Of a DNA stretch of 64,000 nucleotides, positions 61,015-64,000 are shown piece by piece. The notes beneath the pieces are model-generated. The model was not told the DNA's origin and searched no databases. It saw only the letters and a program-made list of their open reading frames with translations. How positions within the stretch are numbered: the stretch's first letter is position 1; the number at the start of each line of letters is the position of its first letter. This DNA is from the human T2T-CHM13v2.0 reference genome, Homo sapiens, in NCBI RefSeq assembly GCF_009914755.1, contig NC_060947.1; one strand, written 5' to 3'. A program made the position numbers and the translations under genes.

Positions 61015-61258
61015 GTAAGCCAGGGTGAGCTGGGCAGCTAGATGACCCAATTTTCAGTCCAGAAAGCTCTATCTGCTGGACTAATACTTCCGGCTAACTG
61101 ATGTCTGTGAAAACTTGCCAGACAAACTGAACCCCAATCAGACTCTGGCTGCCTCCATTTGGATAGGTTAGGGGTGAGGAAGGGGGATGAGCTGTGGCGC
61201 TGTAGGGTATGGACCCTGGTACCCTCACACACCCTTCTGGCCCCTTTTCATTGGCCTC

Positions 61259-61418
61259 CTACTTCTCTTCTTCATCCTCCTGCTCTTCATCTTCCTCTTC
61301 TTCTTCGCTGTCTGAGTCCTCGTATAGGTTGATGGTTGCCTGGACAGGAAAGTTCTGCAGTAAAATCTCCCCAGCACTGTACAGATAGTCGAAGGAGCGG
61401 GATTTAGGCCAGAAGAGC
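61259..61418 (-). CDS. RIPPLY1: RIPPLY1 exon 4 coding part (LFWPKSRSFDYLYSAGEILLQNFPVQATINLYEDSDSEEEE...K*)
   Basis: ccacag|G acceptor, FPVQ motif, acidic tail, TAG at 61261-61259. The four exons total 456 nt = 151 aa + stop. Confidence 0.96.
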
Positions 61419-61983
61419 CTGTGGACAGAGAAGAAACATGGCCCCTAACAGGTGTCATATGTGCAGAGGGGCCAGTAGGGCCAAGAAAGAAGCTGGCCCC
61501 TAAACCCCTTCTCTTGGCTGCAACAATGAGGTCAGAGGGAAAGGAAGAAAGAAAGTTTTGTAACAGAACCTTCTGCATTGTTACAAAGTGGCCCCACGCA
61601 GGAAGGTAAACCCTTATGGACCTATAGTGGTTGGGTCGGGGGCCAGCCCCAGCATCTGTCACTTATGGCTCTGACTCCACCTGCTACCTACCCCAGAAAG
61701 CTTCTAGCCAAGAATTCTCCAGCCCTATGGCCCCATCTCCTTCCACTGAGGATTATTTCACTGACCCATCCATGGGGGATCATTCTTGGGCATCGTTAAC
61801 AATGCCTCTAGAAAAGACAGCCTTGGCAAAGTCCCTTAACCTCTCTGGGCTCCAGTTTTCTCTCCTATGAAACAGCGATCATAGATAGCAATTCCTCCCC
61901 TCTCCTGCTTCACAAGACCTTTGTGAAGATTCAAAGAGCTAATGGATCTATGTCAAGTTTGGAGCTTCATGCCAGAAGCTTAC

Positions 61984-62048
61984 CTGACAGGGTGATGGAA
62001 CTTGGATTCAGCCTTGGTGACCTCAGCAGCCGTTGCCCCACCAGCAGC
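61984..62048 (-). CDS. RIPPLY1: RIPPLY1 exon 3 (AAGGATAAEVTKAESKFHHPV)
   Basis: ggacag|GCT and AG|gtaagc. 65 nt; begins the Ripply homology domain. Confidence 0.95.
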
Positions 62049-62649
62049 CTGTCCAAAGCAAAAGCTAGCATGTGGCTCAAAGTACATGGCTAGATAACTT
62101 CCTCCTCTGTACTAGAGGTCAGAAAGCTGCAGGTAAAATGATCTTGAAGAGACCTTAGACATCTCTGGGACCCAGCAACCCCCAATACCCACCCCTCAAC
62201 AAGGGGTCTCTCTTGGTTCTGGTTGAAAAACAAGCAGACAGAGTCCTGCGGGTTGTTTGCTTCCCTGCCTCTGTTCCAGCACCTGTTTGGAGGCTCTCCA
62301 GGGGACAGTGTTCTACTGGAGCAGCAAAGATTCAGGGAGATCGGGTGGGTGGGAGAGCACTGGAGTAAGGTGCCAGGAGACGAGGCCTCAAGCACCAGCA
62401 CTGCCACACACTGGCTGTGGGGCCTGCCCAGATCCCTTGCCCACTCTGAGCTTTGGTCTCCTCATCTTTCCAATTGCCACAGAAAGCTTGGATCTGCTCT
62501 CTGTTGGAATCAAATGTTGGCAAAACTGTGAGGATGCTATCTCAGATCTGCACCTTTGGACTGAGGTCAGGGGCTCTCTGGGAAGTGACCTGGTCACTGT
62601 TAATGCATGTGGCTGCATGTGAACACACGTCACAAGGGCTCGAACTCAC

Positions 62650-62725
62650 CAAATCCACCAGCTTCCTCATCTGCCTTGGGGAGTCATTTGTGGAAGACAG
62701 CCAGGGCCTCCAGAGACAAGTTCCT
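62650..62725 (-). CDS. RIPPLY1: RIPPLY1 exon 2, WRPW Groucho/TLE-binding motif (GTCLWRPWLSSTNDSPRQMRKLVDL)
   Basis: tcccag|A and TTG|gtgagt. 76 nt; WRPW is visible in ORF 62542..62862. Confidence 0.96.
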
Positions 62726-62819
62726 CTGGGACAAAGAGGAGAGATCAATCCGTAGAGGAAGAGACTGAAAGGTGGGCTCCCTGAGATAACAAGAGACCTC
62801 CCAAAAGCTTGGCTCAGGT

Positions 62820-63065
62820 GCCATCTGCTCCAGGAAGCCTTTCCTAAGGCTCCTGAGCCCATTCCAGGACAGATGTCCCTCCTCTCGGCTTCAGCAATGT
62901 TATTATTGCTTTTATCATGCTGTTTTGTAATTGTCTATTTACTTGTCTTTGGGCTTCTTAAGCTCAAAGATATGCTCAATCGTATCTGAATCCTCAACAC
63001 CTAGTACAATGTCTGGTACACAGTAGCTGTTTCAGTAAATGTTTGTTGAAGACTAAATGTTTGGA
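62820..63065. mobile_element. L2 3' fragment in RIPPLY1 intron 1
   Basis: 'cctagtacaatgtctggtacacagtag..tcagtaaatgtttgttgaa' L2 terminus. Confidence 0.75.
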
Positions 63066-63642
63066 GTAATGAGTGGGGGCTAGATGGAAAATATCTTGCC
63101 TCCTACTTCCTGCTCCAAGATGTAGAACTCAGAGCTCTACCATCTTCCTGGGCTGAAGAAGAGGGCCAGAAATGTTCCTGGGTCCACTGCTTCCCCACTG
63201 GACTTGCAGAGGTAGGAAAAAAGCAAATGGAAATCTTATGGCGTGGTCAGGAAAAAGACAATGTCCCAGTCAAGGGCCTCTTTAGACTTTGGTCCTCTTT
63301 CCCCAAACTCCCCACCCCCACAGTCTAGATTGTGTTAAGCCCAGGTTTCATGGCAGTTCCCCATCCCCCTCAGGGGACTCAGCCACCTGGCCTATGAGGA
63401 CCTGGCTGCTTCACCTTCAGCTTTGGCAACAGCTGTCCCCAAGTCCCCTCTTGCCACCCAGCGGGATTAGTGAGGTGAAAAGTCAGATGAGATATTCCAG
63501 CTAGAGTTGAGGAGGGAGGGCTATGAGGCCATTGCTTTTCCCCTTCACAGAGAACAGGGTGCCCTGGACATCTCATTTTCCTTCCTCTCTCAGGAAGCTC
63601 TCAAGCCTAAGTTCAGGTTGCCAAAGGCTAAGCTCAACTTAC

Positions 63643-63797
63643 CTTTCACTCCCATTTACTTCTTGTCCAGAGGAGAGAAGGCAAGATGGGCTTAACAGGC
63701 CAGGGAGTGCCAGTGGGGCTTGTGCTAGGTCTGGAGCTAGGGCCAAAGCCAGGGCTGGAACAGGGGTGGCAGCAGCAGCACAGGCAGCAGAGTCCAT
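63643..63797 (-). CDS. RIPPLY1: RIPPLY1 exon 1 coding part (MDSAACAAAATPVPALALAL...GQEVNGSE)
   Basis: ATG at 63797-63795 in context agaATGG; donor AG|gtaagt. 155 nt. Confidence 0.95.
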
Positions 63798-63874
63798 TCT
63801 TAGGGGACCAAAGCCAGTGGGGTCTCCTACTTCCCAGAACCTTCTGCACTCTTTTGGCTTTTCCTGGGAGACCC

Positions 63875-63881
63875 TTTTATA
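63875..63881 (-). promoter_or_regulatory. TATA box of RIPPLY1 (TATAAAA)
   Basis: Consensus TATAAAAG on the - strand ~80 nt upstream of the ATG, implying a TSS near 63850. Confidence 0.7.
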
Positions 63882-64000
63882 AGCCCTGCCTGGTCTTATA
63901 AATTATTCAGGGAGGACAGGGGTGGGATGACTTGGGAGGGGGATAAAGATTTAGGGAAGGGGCTCAGGGAGGGAAAGCTGGGTTACCTGGGTGTGAAATC

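Noticed and set aside
61225-61662. 145-aa - strand ORF with a basic tail
   Set aside because: It is an alternative frame over RIPPLY1 intron 3/exon 4. The K/R-rich tail is the Glu-codon run read out of frame.
63523-63901. + strand ORFs overlapping RIPPLY1 exon 1
   Set aside because: Antisense shadows of a GC-rich coding exon.

Overview
This is primate (very probably human, Xq22) genomic DNA, not microbial. It holds the last 13 coding exons and 3' UTR of TBC1D8B (Rab-GAP; + strand, 568-~36655) plus an alternative terminal exon that truncates the TBC domain. A repeat-dense intergenic stretch follows (ERVL/MaLR, L1, Alu, MIR/L2). The complete 4-exon RIPPLY1 gene lies on the - strand (CDS 63797->61259, 151 aa, WRPW and FPVQ motifs), and its 3' UTR probably overlaps an antisense upstream non-coding exon of CLDN2. 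I read all exons by hand from GT-AG boundaries and they join in frame: 2010 nt (669 aa + stop) for TBC1D8B in the window and 456 nt for RIPPLY1. Gene names come from my recognition of the proteins. Repeat subfamily names and repeat boundaries are approximate, made by eye. Almost all other ORFs in the track come from repeats. I found no convincing new biological system. The best leads are: a duplicated 3' UTR block carrying miR-17-family seed sites, in-frame isoform logic in both genes (GAP-truncated TBC1D8B, WRPW-less RIPPLY1), a compact AP-1/CCAAT/NF-kB motif cluster, T-box and CTCF motif clusters, and several unusual retroelement structures.
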